Origin: an uncultured virus (IMG/VR IMGVR_UViG_3300042691_055981)
Lineage: Duplodnaviria > Heunggongvirae > Uroviricota > Caudoviricetes
Length of the DNA: 64,000 nucleotides
Strand: one strand, 5' to 3'
IMG/VR virus record: IMGVR_UViG_3300042691_055981
Within the stretch, counting starts at the first letter, position 1, and each line of letters starts with the position of its first letter. The notes under the pieces were generated by a model. That model was given only the letters and a program-made list of their open reading frames with translations, was not told the origin of the DNA and ran no database searches. The position numbers and the translations under genes are program-made. Shown in pieces: positions 48,950-60,664 of the stretch.

Positions 48950-49197
48950 GCAGGTATAGAAGTAAAAAAAATGTAAAAATATCTTGATGGTGGAAATTGC
49001 TGAATCAGCTAAATTTTATTCGGGAGAAAGATTGTTACGGGTTATCAATCCCGGTTTTTATAACGAATCTGACTTAGTTGAAGTTTGTTACGACGAAGAT
49101 CTGACGAATTTTCCTATTGGCTCGGCCCAGGCACATTACATAGTTTACGGATACCATCTTGATGAAGAACGAAGCGTAAGCGAAGAGGAGACCACCA

Positions 49198-51684
49198 ATG
49201 GCTAGAATTTCTACTGAATATAATTTTGTCGGCTCAGCGTCCACTGGCCCATTAGAAAGCTTAGGGGCTCCTTCAGGCATCGCAGTCACTTTTTTTGGTG
49301 CTCCCGGTGCAACTACTTATGGATACAGGATCTCGGCATTAAATGGTTATGGAGAAACACTGGCTTCATCTTCGATTTCGCTAACAGTTGGCAATGCATC
49401 TTTAAGTGCGTCAAACTTTAATAGAATTGTGTGGGATAAAGTGATCGGAGCTAACTCATATAAAGTTTACGGCAGAACTCTTGATTCTGAATTATTCATG
49501 GCTTCTATTTCATCAAATGCTTATTTTGATGACACAGGCACTGTTACACCATCTGGTGCATTACCATTGGTTAATACCACGGGTTATTCTTCTACCAGAA
49601 CATCAATGGGAACATTAATGGTTCAAAAAACTGGGCCTGGGGCTAATGATAACTGGGTTGGGCCGATTCCCGTGGCTTTTGCAAGACCAGCAGAATCATC
49701 CCCGGCCATTCCAACATTCATGCCACATGCTATCAGGTGGAGCACGGAAAAAGATTGGGTGTTCTTTGCGGATAACGCAGCAGCGGCGGTCACTAGAAGA
49801 ATTTATTATGCAACATACAACCGTGCTAATAACAATTTGGCGTTAGAAGGATTTATCAATCTTGGGTATGCAGTGTCAAACACAGCCCACACAATTCGTG
49901 GCTTCAGAATGACATATGATAAATATAATGATGGAAGCATTTACGGCGTAGGAACAACCATAAGGGGAACGAATACAGCATGGGCTTCAAATCTTATACC
50001 GAGAGGTTGTCGAATCGGATTTGGTGCACCAGATCCTGTGTATATAACTCGTTGGTATGAAATCAGCGAAGTGACTAATGACAACACTATTAGGTTGACC
50101 ACCCCACTGGATGTAGGTTATGCTACAAACACGCCTTACGTTATCGAAGATCTAAGGGCGATATCTGCAAATACAAATGCAACAGTTGCTGGTGGGGGGG
50201 TGAACGTCACCAAGGGATTAAGGCCTGAAATATTCACTGTTTCTGGTATAACAATTGGGGTTTCAACTCTTGACGGATTCAGGGCCACTTATTGGCTCAG
50301 AGATGGAAATGTAGCTCCTCTCGGTCTTAACACGAATGCTATAGGAATGGCATTAGTTCCTAAAACGGGTTTCACCACTCAGATGTGTTATGTGCTTGAC
50401 GGAGTGGGTAACGCACCTGGGACAAGGGTGCATGCTTATAATATAAGAGCACCCCTAACGGGCATAGGAACCGGAGTTGGTGGATTCACCACTGGAAGTA
50501 CATTTAGAGGCTGGATGTATTCCACCGGTGCTCAGACTCTATCTGGAACCGCTGGGCAAGTTAATAATGGAAGATATGGAATATTGAATCATGGCCCAGG
50601 TGCTGGCGTTGAATGTATTTACTTCACTACCGGAACGAGAGTTTACCGAGCGGTGGTGTCAGATATTGTAAATGGAACTGTGGGGTGGATTTCAGATTGT
50701 ATGGTTGAAATTCCGCCCGGAAGTGTAAATACATATGCTGCTACAGGCAGCATGGCACAAGTTGAAATTGCAGACTCGATTGATAGATTAATTATTTCCA
50801 CTACAGGTGCGTCCGGGGCAAGAAATTACGTTACCAGATATCAAACATTTGTCGAGCAATTTGATATCATATGGGCGATTGATACTGGGCAACTTGACCA
50901 ATCATCGGCAATTCCCACTGTTCCAATTTTACCTGGAAATTCTAGGACCTCTAACTTCACCGTGTGGTCTGAATCGGGTCTAACTTATCTGAATAGAACC
51001 CAGACCACCATACCCCTGAACCAAATTTATACGGTGCCTTTCGGGGCACATTGGGGATTGACGACAAATCAAAGGATCATCACCGCTGCTATTAACACAC
51101 CAACCGCTGTTTCTTACAGCAAGGCGGTTATAGTCGATGTTAGGAAATTTGGTTCTGATCAATTTGCAGTACAATCTGAACCATATAATGTTTATTACAG
51201 AACTTATGGGATAACGGACAATTCCGGAGAATGGACTTTGCTACCCGAAAATGGCAGTCTTACTGGTGTATCCCCTGCGGATCAGATACAGTTTATGATT
51301 GAATTTAAAATCATAGGAAACTATTGCCTACCTGCAAGGATAATATCTATGGAAGTTATTTATAACATTGATGACAGTCTTCCATCGTTCTTGCAGTGGA
51401 ACTTTAGTGACTCCGATAATGCTGATGGAACGGTAGGGTTCATACAAAAAGGCACTTATGGAAGTGTACCAACGCTTCAGATAAATTATTATAGGGCTGA
51501 CAATGATGTAAACCTTTTAACTCAAGATAGCACATCAACAGCTTATGGCAACTTCCAGTTCTGGAACGGAGCAAGTTGGGTCAATGGTTTAGGAACCGAC
51601 ACTGATGGACTCAGGAGAAGATTTGTTCCTACGGCGGGACTTCCGAGTAACACGAATGTTTACTCGAAGATCAAGGTGATTTAA
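49198..51684 (+). CDS. putative tail fibre / virion structural protein, paralog 1
   Basis: 828 aa, Thr/Gly/Ser-rich beta-type composition; colinear with the next two genes. Confidence 0.6.
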   Translation: MARISTEYNFVGSASTGPLESLGAPSGIAVTFFGAPGATTYGYRISALNGYGETLASSSISLTVGNASLSASNFNRIVWDKVIGANSYKVYGRTLDSELFMASISSNAYFDDTGTVTPSGALPLVNTTGYSSTRTSMGTLMVQKTGPGANDNWVGPIPVAFARPAESSPAIPTFMPHAIRWSTEKDWVFFADNAAAAVTRRIYYATYNRANNNLALEGFINLGYAVSNTAHTIRGFRMTYDKYNDGSIYGVGTTIRGTNTAWASNLIPRGCRIGFGAPDPVYITRWYEISEVTNDNTIRLTTPLDVGYATNTPYVIEDLRAISANTNATVAGGGVNVTKGLRPEIFTVSGITIGVSTLDGFRATYWLRDGNVAPLGLNTNAIGMALVPKTGFTTQMCYVLDGVGNAPGTRVHAYNIRAPLTGIGTGVGGFTTGSTFRGWMYSTGAQTLSGTAGQVNNGRYGILNHGPGAGVECIYFTTGTRVYRAVVSDIVNGTVGWISDCMVEIPPGSVNTYAATGSMAQVEIADSIDRLIISTTGASGARNYVTRYQTFVEQFDIIWAIDTGQLDQSSAIPTVPILPGNSRTSNFTVWSESGLTYLNRTQTTIPLNQIYTVPFGAHWGLTTNQRIITAAINTPTAVSYSKAVIVDVRKFGSDQFAVQSEPYNVYYRTYGITDNSGEWTLLPENGSLTGVSPADQIQFMIEFKIIGNYCLPARIISMEVIYNIDDSLPSFLQWNFSDSDNADGTVGFIQKGTYGSVPTLQINYYRADNDVNLLTQDSTSTAYGNFQFWNGASWVNGLGTDTDGLRRRFVPTAGLPSNTNVYSKIKVI

Positions 51685-51685
51685 T

Positions 51686-54121
51686 ATGGCAAAAATTTGC
51701 GTGGAAAGCATAATGACTGATCCATATTGCCCTATTGAGAGCTTGCTTTCGCCTGGTGGAGTGTCTGTTACCCCGATAGGCACTGCAGGAGGCACAACTT
51801 ACGGATACCGAATTTCAGCAGTAAATTATGCAGGAGAAACGCTTGCATCTAGCACTGTTACAACATCTACTGGAAACGCAGTTCTATCTTCTACAGACTT
51901 CAACAGAATAACATGGTCACCTGTGCAATTTGCCACCAGCTATAAGATATACGGAAGGACATCGGGCTCTGAATTGCTGATAACTACAGTAACAGATTAT
52001 TATTTTGATGATTTCGGCTCGTTATCGCCTAGTGGAGCATTACCAACTACTAACTCAACAGGGTATAGCTCTAGCAAGATAAGCATCGGCTCGATGTTCA
52101 CGTCTCTATCAGATGGATCTATCTCAGTATTGCCAATAGCCGTTTCAAGACCTAGAGAGGCAGCTGGTGCGGTTCCTATCAATATTGGGTGTGCGGTTTC
52201 CTATGATAGCTATACAGATTTGGTTTTTGGTGCTGATAACGCTTCTGCGGGAGCAACGAGAAGAATTGTTCTCTACAAATATCTAAAACAATCTGGTGTT
52301 TTAGACTACATGGGTTTTGTTACACTGAACTTTCCATCTGGAGTCCCGTCATATGCTATTCGCGGGTTGCAGGCTTCTTATAATATCTATAATAAGGGGT
52401 TTGTTAATGGAGTGGGATGGGCAATAACAGGAACAAATACAACATGGCTTACTGATGGCATGGCTGTGGGCAGTAGAATCGGATTTGGCACGATTAACCC
52501 CAGTAATGTTAAAAGATGGTATGGTATAACATCGGTTTTCTCAGATACCACTATTGGATTAAATACAATCTTGGATTTTGGACTAAATGCTAATTCTGTG
52601 TATTGCATTGAAGATTTAAGATTGATCACTTCTGTAACAAATGGCACCACTACATTTTCGGGGCTCCATGTAACAAAAGGGCTAAGAATGGAGGATTTCA
52701 CAGCCACAGGAACAGCAATAACTTCTGCTGTGGTTACAGATCGTCAGAAGGCCACTTATCTTCTCTGTGGTGCGGCAAATACAAACCCTTTAGGTGTTGA
52801 TATAGAACCGTTTTCATCTTGGACAGACCAAAGTGCGTATTTTGTTAATAACAACGCCTCACCAGTAAGCATTCAGAAATTCAATATCAGGGCTCCTCTA
52901 AATAGATTCCTAGGTGGTGGAGTGAGCAATGATGGATTTGTTTTAACTACAGGAACTCAAGCAGTCACAGGAACTCCGAGCCAGGTTGGAAATGGAAGAT
53001 TGGCCGTGGCGAGCCACGGCCCAGGTGCTGGAGTAACCTCATTGTATTTCGTCACAACAAACAACGTATACAGAGCGGCTACGCCGGGGATAGTTAACGG
53101 GAGCACTACCTTCTTAAATAATAATATGCTTGAAAACCCGCCTGGCAGGGACAATACTTATGGTTTAACGTCCACCTTGAACACAATCGACTATATTCCT
53201 GGAAATGATAGATTCCTAATCTACACTACGGCGGCCAACGGAACGAGACATTACATCACGCAATATGGGATTAATACAGAGTATTCTGGTATTTTCGGTC
53301 TGGAATCCACACAAACGGATTCCTCATTGGGTTTCCCCGAAATATGCCCACCTACGCCAAATGCCGGGAGTTTATTTCAACATTTCAGTTATTCTTTAGG
53401 AAATATAACATACGTCTTCAGAGACAACACTACTACAGCCCAGGGGCAGCTTTACACTATGAATTTTGCTAGTGATTTTGGCACAAGCTTGGTGGGTAAT
53501 AGTCAGTTTATCATCAGTCCCACTTTAAGTTGCCCAAATAACGCAATGTTTGATTCAGTTTATGTGAATGTTCAAAGAAGCTATAACACCGGTAATGTTT
53601 ATAATCAGATGCCTCCAGCACCATACAGGATATGGTATCGCACTTCTGGTTTTGCAGACAACACAGGAATATGGACTTCAGCCCCCGCTAATGGGATTTT
53701 GACATCTATCGGAATTTCAACATTAATTCAATTTAGAGTGGGGCTAAGAACTATAGGAAACACGCTATACCCTAATAGAGTTTATGCAATCGGAGTTAAT
53801 TATGAAAATACAACTGATCTTCCATCATATCTAAACTGGAACTTTTCAGATTCTGTAAGTAGCACAGGCGTGGTTGGATTCATTCAGAATTACTACTACG
53901 GAAGTGTTCCTAACTTGAGAATTGATTATTTTGATGCCGCAACTAATGTGAATATTTTAACACAAACCAGCTTAGCTTCGACAAACGGAACATTCCAATT
54001 TTGGAATGGGTCTGGGTGGACTGTTGGGCTTGGATCTGATTTAATAAATCAAAGACGCAAATTCGAACCAAGTCTAGCTCTTGGATTTTCGAGTTATTAT
54101 GTGAGGTTAGCAACAATCTGA
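51686..54121 (+). CDS. putative tail fibre / virion structural protein, paralog 2
   Basis: 811 aa; shared YRISA.N..GETL, RIGFG, FQFWNG motifs. Confidence 0.6.
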   Translation: MAKICVESIMTDPYCPIESLLSPGGVSVTPIGTAGGTTYGYRISAVNYAGETLASSTVTTSTGNAVLSSTDFNRITWSPVQFATSYKIYGRTSGSELLITTVTDYYFDDFGSLSPSGALPTTNSTGYSSSKISIGSMFTSLSDGSISVLPIAVSRPREAAGAVPINIGCAVSYDSYTDLVFGADNASAGATRRIVLYKYLKQSGVLDYMGFVTLNFPSGVPSYAIRGLQASYNIYNKGFVNGVGWAITGTNTTWLTDGMAVGSRIGFGTINPSNVKRWYGITSVFSDTTIGLNTILDFGLNANSVYCIEDLRLITSVTNGTTTFSGLHVTKGLRMEDFTATGTAITSAVVTDRQKATYLLCGAANTNPLGVDIEPFSSWTDQSAYFVNNNASPVSIQKFNIRAPLNRFLGGGVSNDGFVLTTGTQAVTGTPSQVGNGRLAVASHGPGAGVTSLYFVTTNNVYRAATPGIVNGSTTFLNNNMLENPPGRDNTYGLTSTLNTIDYIPGNDRFLIYTTAANGTRHYITQYGINTEYSGIFGLESTQTDSSLGFPEICPPTPNAGSLFQHFSYSLGNITYVFRDNTTTAQGQLYTMNFASDFGTSLVGNSQFIISPTLSCPNNAMFDSVYVNVQRSYNTGNVYNQMPPAPYRIWYRTSGFADNTGIWTSAPANGILTSIGISTLIQFRVGLRTIGNTLYPNRVYAIGVNYENTTDLPSYLNWNFSDSVSSTGVVGFIQNYYYGSVPNLRIDYFDAATNVNILTQTSLASTNGTFQFWNGSGWTVGLGSDLINQRRKFEPSLALGFSSYYVRLATI

Positions 54122-56535
54122 TGGCCAAAATAGCAATTGAACACAATTTTGGTTCTCCCGTAGTACCATTGGTTGATTTATCTAGCCCTAGCGAGCTATC
54201 TGTTACTAATTTCGGAAGTGCTGGGGCTACAGCTTATACTTATTATGTTTCAGCTTTAAACTCTTCAGGCGAAACTTTGACAGAAGAAATTAGCACTAGC
54301 ACGGGTAACGCGAGTTTGTCCGCTTCAAACTTTAATAGAGTATCTTGGGAAAAAGTATGGGGGGCTACTAGCTATAAGATCTACAATGATTCTGGTTTAT
54401 TAGGAACAACATCAAATCTGCATTTTGATGACACTGGTGGAGCTGCTACAGCTGCAAGTTTACCTACCGCAAATTCCACGGGTTACAATCCAAACTTCAC
54501 ATCCGTGGGAACGCTGATGTATCAACAATCGGGGAGCATCGGCCCAATCCCTGTTGCAGTGGCTAGACCAATGCAACAATCTACCGCTATTACTTGCAGC
54601 TTCCCTGCTGTAATACCTTGGAGCTTTACATTAGATTGGGTTTTTCTAGCAGAAGGGTCGGCGGCGGCTGCAACCAGGCGGATTGTCTTATATACATTTA
54701 ATAGAGCTACAGCTTCCTTTACATGGCAGGGTTTCATAACATTAACATTCCCCACTGCAACAAACCATATCATTAGGGGGATAGCGGTTGATTATAACAT
54801 ATATACTACAGGAACTGTAGCTGTTTCTGGTACTGCGGTTACGGGAACAGGAACACTCTGGCAAACAGACAGAATGTGTGTTGGTAGTAGAATTGGCTTT
54901 GGCTCAACAGACCCAAATCAGATTGGTACATGGTATGAAATTTCAGCAATCACTAATAACACCAGTATAACACTTACTGGCTCAGCTGGCACTATTAATG
55001 CTAATTCGGTTTATTGTATTGAAGATTTGAGAATAAACGTCTCAACTACAAATGCTACAACAACTAATGGTGGACTGTTCGTGGCAAAAGGTATTAGATT
55101 TGAAAATTTCACCTCTGGTGGGACTACCATACTCGCTGCGGTGACAACGGACAATATTCGGGCGGTTTATTGGTTGTCTGATGCGGCAGTTGTAACAAAT
55201 ACAATAGCTACAGGTTTAGCCTTAGGCGATATCATAGACTGGCAGACACAAAATGTTTATATTGTAGATACTCCTTCGGGGTCTAACGTCAGATGCTATG
55301 TCTACAATGTAAGAGCATCATTAACGGGGCTCGCTTCTGGAAAATCTTCAGCTGCTTTTAGGTTTTCAACCGGAACACAAACGGTACCAGGAACAGCACC
55401 CCAAACTAATAATGGAGAAATCATCACCACTCAACAAGAGCATGGTGCAGGAGTTCCATCTTTATATTTCGTTACCACAACCAGGGTTTGCAGATCAGAG
55501 CTTTCCGAAATAACTAACGGTAATCTGTATTGGGTGAATGATTTAATGGTCGCATTGCCGCCAGGTGGGGCAAGTAATTTAGCATCTATCGGGGCCTTAA
55601 CCTATGTAGAACATTTAGACTTTATGGACACGTTTCTTTTATATAGTTCTGGAAATAATAGAAGCTATGTGTCAGATTATAATGTTTCGCAGAAAACTTT
55701 TCCCACGGTGTACACAATAGAGTCAAAGCAATTCGACTCAACTTTAGCAAGTTCTCTTTCAGCTCCTCATCCACAAATTGGCAGCGTTGGATTAATTTCA
55801 TGGAACGAAGAAGGGATGAGTTATCTTGTGAGGCAATCAACCTCCTTAACGCTTAATCAACTTTATGCCGTTCCGCAATCTGCATGCTACACGCTTGGGC
55901 ATATTGCGGGGAGAGAACAGGATGTTATTACGCCAGCAATCCCTACTCCAGCTAATTGCAGAGTGTATAGAGTGTACGCCAACGCTTTATCTTCATATGG
56001 AGGCTCTGACGCATTCTTAATTCCGCCAGAGGTTATCAATTTGTCATATCGGTTTGAGGGAGTGGCAGATAATACAGGAGCTTGGATACCACTTCCAGAT
56101 AGTGGTTTAATATCCGGCACACAAACTGGACAAGATATTCAATTTAGAATTCAATTTAAAGTATTAGGTTTCTTCCAATTACCCAGCAGTATTAACGGAA
56201 TTAATGTGGTTTATGAAACAGACACAGATATTCCAAGCTTCCTTCAGTGGAATAATGATGACACAAGTAACACAACTGGTGCCATTGGATTCATACAAAT
56301 ATCATCTTATGGAAGCGTTCCAGATCTAAATATTACATTCTACAGATCTGACAACGAAGATATTGTATTTTCGCAAGATAGCACAGTGACAACATATGGC
56401 AATTTCCAATTCTGGAACGGATCGTCGTGGGATAACGGACTGGGTACAGACACTGTGTTCTTGAGAAGAAGATTCCTTCCCAACAAAGGAACACTTACTG
56501 GTGTGAATGTTTATTGCAAAATTAAGGTGATCTAA
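54121..56535 (+). CDS. putative tail fibre / virion structural protein, paralog 3
   Basis: 804 aa; same architecture. Confidence 0.6.
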   Translation: MAKIAIEHNFGSPVVPLVDLSSPSELSVTNFGSAGATAYTYYVSALNSSGETLTEEISTSTGNASLSASNFNRVSWEKVWGATSYKIYNDSGLLGTTSNLHFDDTGGAATAASLPTANSTGYNPNFTSVGTLMYQQSGSIGPIPVAVARPMQQSTAITCSFPAVIPWSFTLDWVFLAEGSAAAATRRIVLYTFNRATASFTWQGFITLTFPTATNHIIRGIAVDYNIYTTGTVAVSGTAVTGTGTLWQTDRMCVGSRIGFGSTDPNQIGTWYEISAITNNTSITLTGSAGTINANSVYCIEDLRINVSTTNATTTNGGLFVAKGIRFENFTSGGTTILAAVTTDNIRAVYWLSDAAVVTNTIATGLALGDIIDWQTQNVYIVDTPSGSNVRCYVYNVRASLTGLASGKSSAAFRFSTGTQTVPGTAPQTNNGEIITTQQEHGAGVPSLYFVTTTRVCRSELSEITNGNLYWVNDLMVALPPGGASNLASIGALTYVEHLDFMDTFLLYSSGNNRSYVSDYNVSQKTFPTVYTIESKQFDSTLASSLSAPHPQIGSVGLISWNEEGMSYLVRQSTSLTLNQLYAVPQSACYTLGHIAGREQDVITPAIPTPANCRVYRVYANALSSYGGSDAFLIPPEVINLSYRFEGVADNTGAWIPLPDSGLISGTQTGQDIQFRIQFKVLGFFQLPSSINGINVVYETDTDIPSFLQWNNDDTSNTTGAIGFIQISSYGSVPDLNITFYRSDNEDIVFSQDSTVTTYGNFQFWNGSSWDNGLGTDTVFLRRRFLPNKGTLTGVNVYCKIKVI

Positions 56536-56831
56536 TGGCGAATACAGAGATTAGATACGGAGGTGGCGAGTTTAATCTAAACTTCACCACTTCACTATTA
56601 TTTAATCAAACAATTGTATCTATAACCGATCCACAAACTGAAACACTTATTGATTCAGGGGCACAATCTGCAATAGATGGAGTTTATGTTGAAAATGCAT
56701 ATTTCGGTTTGCAAGGCGGAAATAACATATCAAACATTGCTGTTATTCCCGGTGGTGGAGCATTCTTCTTCCAGATAGTACAAACGGCACAAGAGCTAAG
56801 AAGGGTATACCTACTCAAACGATGGTACTAA
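56535..56831 (+). CDS. small protein coupled to the fibre-like genes
   Basis: TAATG overlap with the upstream stop. Confidence 0.6.
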   Translation: MANTEIRYGGGEFNLNFTTSLLFNQTIVSITDPQTETLIDSGAQSAIDGVYVENAYFGLQGGNNISNIAVIPGGGAFFFQIVQTAQELRRVYLLKRWY

Positions 56832-58237
56832 CGGAATTTAACTGAGAAATTAAATGCGAATCTGTCAAACAGATGTGTATCCATGTTGTACTGAGCACTA
56901 AAGCTACCTAATCTTCCTGAATTAGTGACACTCATAAAATTCTGCTTCTGATCCTTAATCATCGAAAATGAAAAATTATTACTATTTTTATACATCACTG
57001 CGTAAATGTCGTTAATAACATCAGATGATAAGTTAAATTTAGGATTAACCAAACTAAAAGAAAAAGAGTCTTTGAATTGAGCCCGTGATTGGCCGATCAT
57101 TGAAAATGAATTTTCATAAACACTGAAAGCGTTCTGCTTAAAGTAAAAATCATAAACATCAAACTGATTATTATATTTCAATGAGACATTCGTGTTGCCA
57201 ATCATAGAGCTGTAACTAGCTTGCTCCATTCCATTTTCAGATGATGCCTTAATCGAGAAATTCTTAATTGGTTGCACAACCCCATAAGCTTCTCCATTCC
57301 TTACACCAAGATTACCCAGCTTGACATCATAATTTAAATCATCAACCCCATCAGACAATCTGTACTCCATCTTACCAATCTTTGATTGAATGAAGCTTTG
57401 GTCGTCTCCGTGAGCAATCGTTGTGCCTTTAAATTCCAACTGACTAATACTTGTATCATCATCGCTCGCCATCTTCAATTTATAATCTTTTCCTGAGACA
57501 TTCAAGAAGTTCTTAGAATAACCATCATTGAAATTTGTGTAAGATACACTATTTCCTTTAATGAAGTAATTAAGAGTATTTTCAGATCGACTGAGATGGT
57601 TTATGGAGCGAATTGACAAATTCTTTGAAGAATAAAGAACATCATCATAATTATCCATGATTTTAGCTTCTATTGAAGGAAGCTTCAGTGAAAGCTGTGT
57701 CTTGGATGCGTATGGTCTGTTCCAAGCGTCTAACATCATTAAAGGCGATTCAGAGCTAACATAATCCACTTTGATCTTTTTGTTAGCAAAAGAATAGCTA
57801 TCATAGCTGATATTGCCGGTGGTTTTCGACATTGACAATGAAAGATCTTTTTGCTTGTAAGATAGTGTATTTCTTTGGCTAATTAAGAGCTTTGACGCGA
57901 ACACATTCTGCACTTCATTTCTGTTAAAATCTTCAGATGTAAATGTCGCACCTCTGAATGTAATTCCGATTGTGTTTTTCGGCAAAGAACTGACATAACT
58001 CATTGTCATGTTGCTCAATGTTGTGTTGAAATTATGAACCTGAGAATTATTTGAAAAAGAGCCCGCATACTTCAGATTGCCAAGATCGTATTTTAAGGCA
58101 GATCCTGTCCAGTTAATCTTCTTATTTGCATCCACTGTGAAAGTAGATTTTCCGATAGGCAAAGATACATCTGCAGATTGTGAATTTGCAAATGCTGTAA
58201 TGAATGCTATCGAGATTGCTAAAGGGAGTTTCAACAT
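56828..58237 (-). CDS. exported beta-strand-rich protein, possible outer-membrane protein
   Basis: Signal peptide; alternating aromatic strands; C-terminal FAFNFSVKFR. Confidence 0.55.
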   Translation of the reverse strand: MLKLPLAISIAFITAFANSQSADVSLPIGKSTFTVDANKKINWTGSALKYDLGNLKYAGSFSNNSQVHNFNTTLSNMTMSYVSSLPKNTIGITFRGATFTSEDFNRNEVQNVFASKLLISQRNTLSYKQKDLSLSMSKTTGNISYDSYSFANKKIKVDYVSSESPLMMLDAWNRPYASKTQLSLKLPSIEAKIMDNYDDVLYSSKNLSIRSINHLSRSENTLNYFIKGNSVSYTNFNDGYSKNFLNVSGKDYKLKMASDDDTSISQLEFKGTTIAHGDDQSFIQSKIGKMEYRLSDGVDDLNYDVKLGNLGVRNGEAYGVVQPIKNFSIKASSENGMEQASYSSMIGNTNVSLKYNNQFDVYDFYFKQNAFSVYENSFSMIGQSRAQFKDSFSFSLVNPKFNLSSDVINDIYAVMYKNSNNFSFSMIKDQKQNFMSVTNSGRLGSFSAQYNMDTHLFDRFAFNFSVKFR

Positions 58238-58335
58238 AATATATTTCTGAACTTCTCTTATATTATACCTTGATTTTGTGAGAAATAGAAAAACCGAGCG
58301 AATCTTGCGTATCTATTTTTTGAGAGATAATTTCA

Positions 58336-58953
58336 TTATACTTTTCGAACTCCCTGTCTGCATTCATTACCTTTATGATGATCTACACTGTTATATTTTT
58401 TATTAACCATAAAACGCTTAAGTTGTTCATAGCTCACTGGGAAGTAATTCCAACAATCCACCCCAACATCACAAGAAAATGCATTTGGGTCATCTATCAA
58501 AGTGCCGTGGCTGTGGGCAAAAGCATTCCAAGACCCATAATGTGATTTATTCCATACCTTGAAAGCATAATGACAACAAACTATACTTTGCCAAGAGTCT
58601 TTAGCGTCAGAGTCTTTAACTTTTACTTCCAGGTAATCATAAATCCCACTAAACAATTGTTTAATTTGTCCGTCTTGTAATTTATCGTGATTACCCTTAG
58701 ATAAGATAATGTTTTTACATTTTAATTGATTTATAATTTCAACCCATTTGTCTAATGGCCCGAAGCAAAAATCACCGAGCATTAAAACCGTGTCGTCGGG
58801 TTTCACAACGCTATTGAAATTATCAATAAGTGCTTTATTCATTTCTGCCACGCTTTTGTATGGCCTGTCACAAAATTTAATTACGTTGGTATGATAAAAA
58901 TGTTGATCAGCGGTCAGCCAGAGCTTAGAAGAGTCATTGAAAGTTAAACTCAC
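58336..58953 (-). CDS. calcineurin-like metallophosphoesterase
   Basis: ADQHF.H, LGDF, GNHD, HSH, DVGVD. Confidence 0.9.
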   Translation of the reverse strand: MSLTFNDSSKLWLTADQHFYHTNVIKFCDRPYKSVAEMNKALIDNFNSVVKPDDTVLMLGDFCFGPLDKWVEIINQLKCKNIILSKGNHDKLQDGQIKQLFSGIYDYLEVKVKDSDAKDSWQSIVCCHYAFKVWNKSHYGSWNAFAHSHGTLIDDPNAFSCDVGVDCWNYFPVSYEQLKRFMVNKKYNSVDHHKGNECRQGVRKV

Positions 58954-59462
58954 ACTAGCATCCTGCCCACTGGAACATTAAACTTTAACGTGGGAATTCT
59001 CAAGTCTCTGTAAGCCTGGATATTATCCTCACTATCATCAACAGCATACACAATCTCATAATCAAGCATAAGTTTCATAGCCTCTTGCTTTTTGAAAACA
59101 GCATGATCAGATTGTGTTGTGAATTGATAATCATCAAAGTCTTCTGGTTGCATAATTAAGTAACAATCTTCACTCCAGATGCCTTCATCTTTAAGCCATT
59201 GAAGCGTAGGCTTATACCCACCAGCTCCTCTAGCTGTGATGAAGAATACACGATCTGGCTTATAGAACGTGCATAGCATATCAAGCAAGTCCACGCCAAG
59301 ATCAATCACTTCATCCCCGCGACAATCTGCATTATACCACTGGACAGATTTTATCCAAGCGGCTGAATCACGTCGGTTGTGAGCGTCCAGGTTAAGTCTC
59401 TTAAACCGCTGGGAGCTATCAACAAGTACCGCGTCCAAATCAAAAATTAAAGCTTTCATCAT
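58950..59462 (-). CDS. HAD-family phosphatase (Pnk phosphatase-like)
   Basis: FDLDAVL, ITAR, VDD. Confidence 0.75.
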   Translation of the reverse strand: MMKALIFDLDAVLVDSSQRFKRLNLDAHNRRDSAAWIKSVQWYNADCRGDEVIDLGVDLLDMLCTFYKPDRVFFITARGAGGYKPTLQWLKDEGIWSEDCYLIMQPEDFDDYQFTTQSDHAVFKKQEAMKLMLDYEIVYAVDDSEDNIQAYRDLRIPTLKFNVPVGRMLV

Positions 59463-60034
59463 TTTCTTAATATTTCATCCACAATTCCATAGTCAAGTGC
59501 CTCTTCGGCAGACATCCAATAATCTCTATCACAATCTTTCCTCACCTGCTCCACATCTCTTCCGGTGTGTTCAGATAAAATCTCCATAAGTCTATCCATA
59601 AGATAATTCGTCTCCTTAGCTTGTACATTGATATCAGCTATAGTTCCCCTGAATCCTGAAGATACTTGGTGAATCATTGTCCGAGAGTTTGGAAGAATTG
59701 ATCTTTTTCCTTTTTCTCCACCAGCTAAAAGCACAGCCCCCATTGATGCGGCCATTCCTACACATGTAGTGGCTACAGGACAAGACACAAACTGCATAAC
59801 ATCGTAGATAGCCAACCCAGCGTACACAGAGCCACCTGGTGAATTGATATACACATGAATGTCGGCTTTTGGATCCTCTTTCTCAAGGAAAAGCATTTGT
59901 GCATTAATCACATTTGCCATATGGTCATCTACGCCCTCTCCGATGAAGATAATTCTTTCCTTCAAGAGCCTAGAGAATAGATCATATGAGCGTTCTGTGT
60001 CACCTGTTTTTTCAATAACGTAAGGAATTAGCAT
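59459..60034 (-). CDS. clpP: ATP-dependent Clp protease proteolytic subunit
   Basis: [29 protein letters not shown]. Confidence 0.97.
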   Translation of the reverse strand: MLIPYVIEKTGDTERSYDLFSRLLKERIIFIGEGVDDHMANVINAQMLFLEKEDPKADIHVYINSPGGSVYAGLAIYDVMQFVSCPVATTCVGMAASMGAVLLAGGEKGKRSILPNSRTMIHQVSSGFRGTIADINVQAKETNYLMDRLMEILSEHTGRDVEQVRKDCDRDYWMSAEEALDYGIVDEILRK

Positions 60035-60052
60035 AGATGTATAATATACGGT

Positions 60053-60664
60053 GTGGATTACAAAATTATCTCAAATTCAGAAGAAGAATGTTTTATAGAA
60101 ATTATTAAAAATTCATTCAGAACAAGAATAGAATTAGACTGGACGCCAGAAAAAAATTTCAATGGGGTGGCTGTTGGATGCAATTACAGCTTTAAAGGGC
60201 ATCCTGTGGGCTTCCTGAAGGACAATGGCCTTATTCGCGGTGCAATAGACGGCAGAAGGCAGAGGGCTGTTTTCTGCGTGGATGAAACGGACACAATCAT
60301 ACAAGCTGGCCCATCTTTATTAATTGACGAAGAGCCTCAGAAAGATTTTAAAGCGGGGGGATTTGCCACACACTTTATTCTATCGGGATTACACTCACAC
60401 ATAGGCAAGAAGAAAAATGGCAATTACATAATTGGTTTCACGAAAAATTTAACATTCAATCAGATGATAGAGAAATATCAATCTTTGCAAGCTGAAGATG
60501 CAATTAAACTGCCTGGTCTTAAATATTGCTCTTACATTTTTCAGTCTAGGATTCAGACTGTGAAGCATGGCCTGTTTCCTGTTCCTGTAGCTTTAATTTT
60601 CGAGCCTAGACTCAAGGAATCCGGTGACCTCTTTAACGATGTCACCGAGCCCGTAGTGCTCTAA
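60053..60664 (+). CDS. degenerate phosphodiester glycosidase (NAGPA-like) domain protein
   Basis: QAGPSLL, HIG...G.Y, L.AEDAIKL; the usual NLDGGGS is replaced by KLPGLKY. Confidence 0.45.
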   Translation: MDYKIISNSEEECFIEIIKNSFRTRIELDWTPEKNFNGVAVGCNYSFKGHPVGFLKDNGLIRGAIDGRRQRAVFCVDETDTIIQAGPSLLIDEEPQKDFKAGGFATHFILSGLHSHIGKKKNGNYIIGFTKNLTFNQMIEKYQSLQAEDAIKLPGLKYCSYIFQSRIQTVKHGLFPVPVALIFEPRLKESGDLFNDVTEPVVL

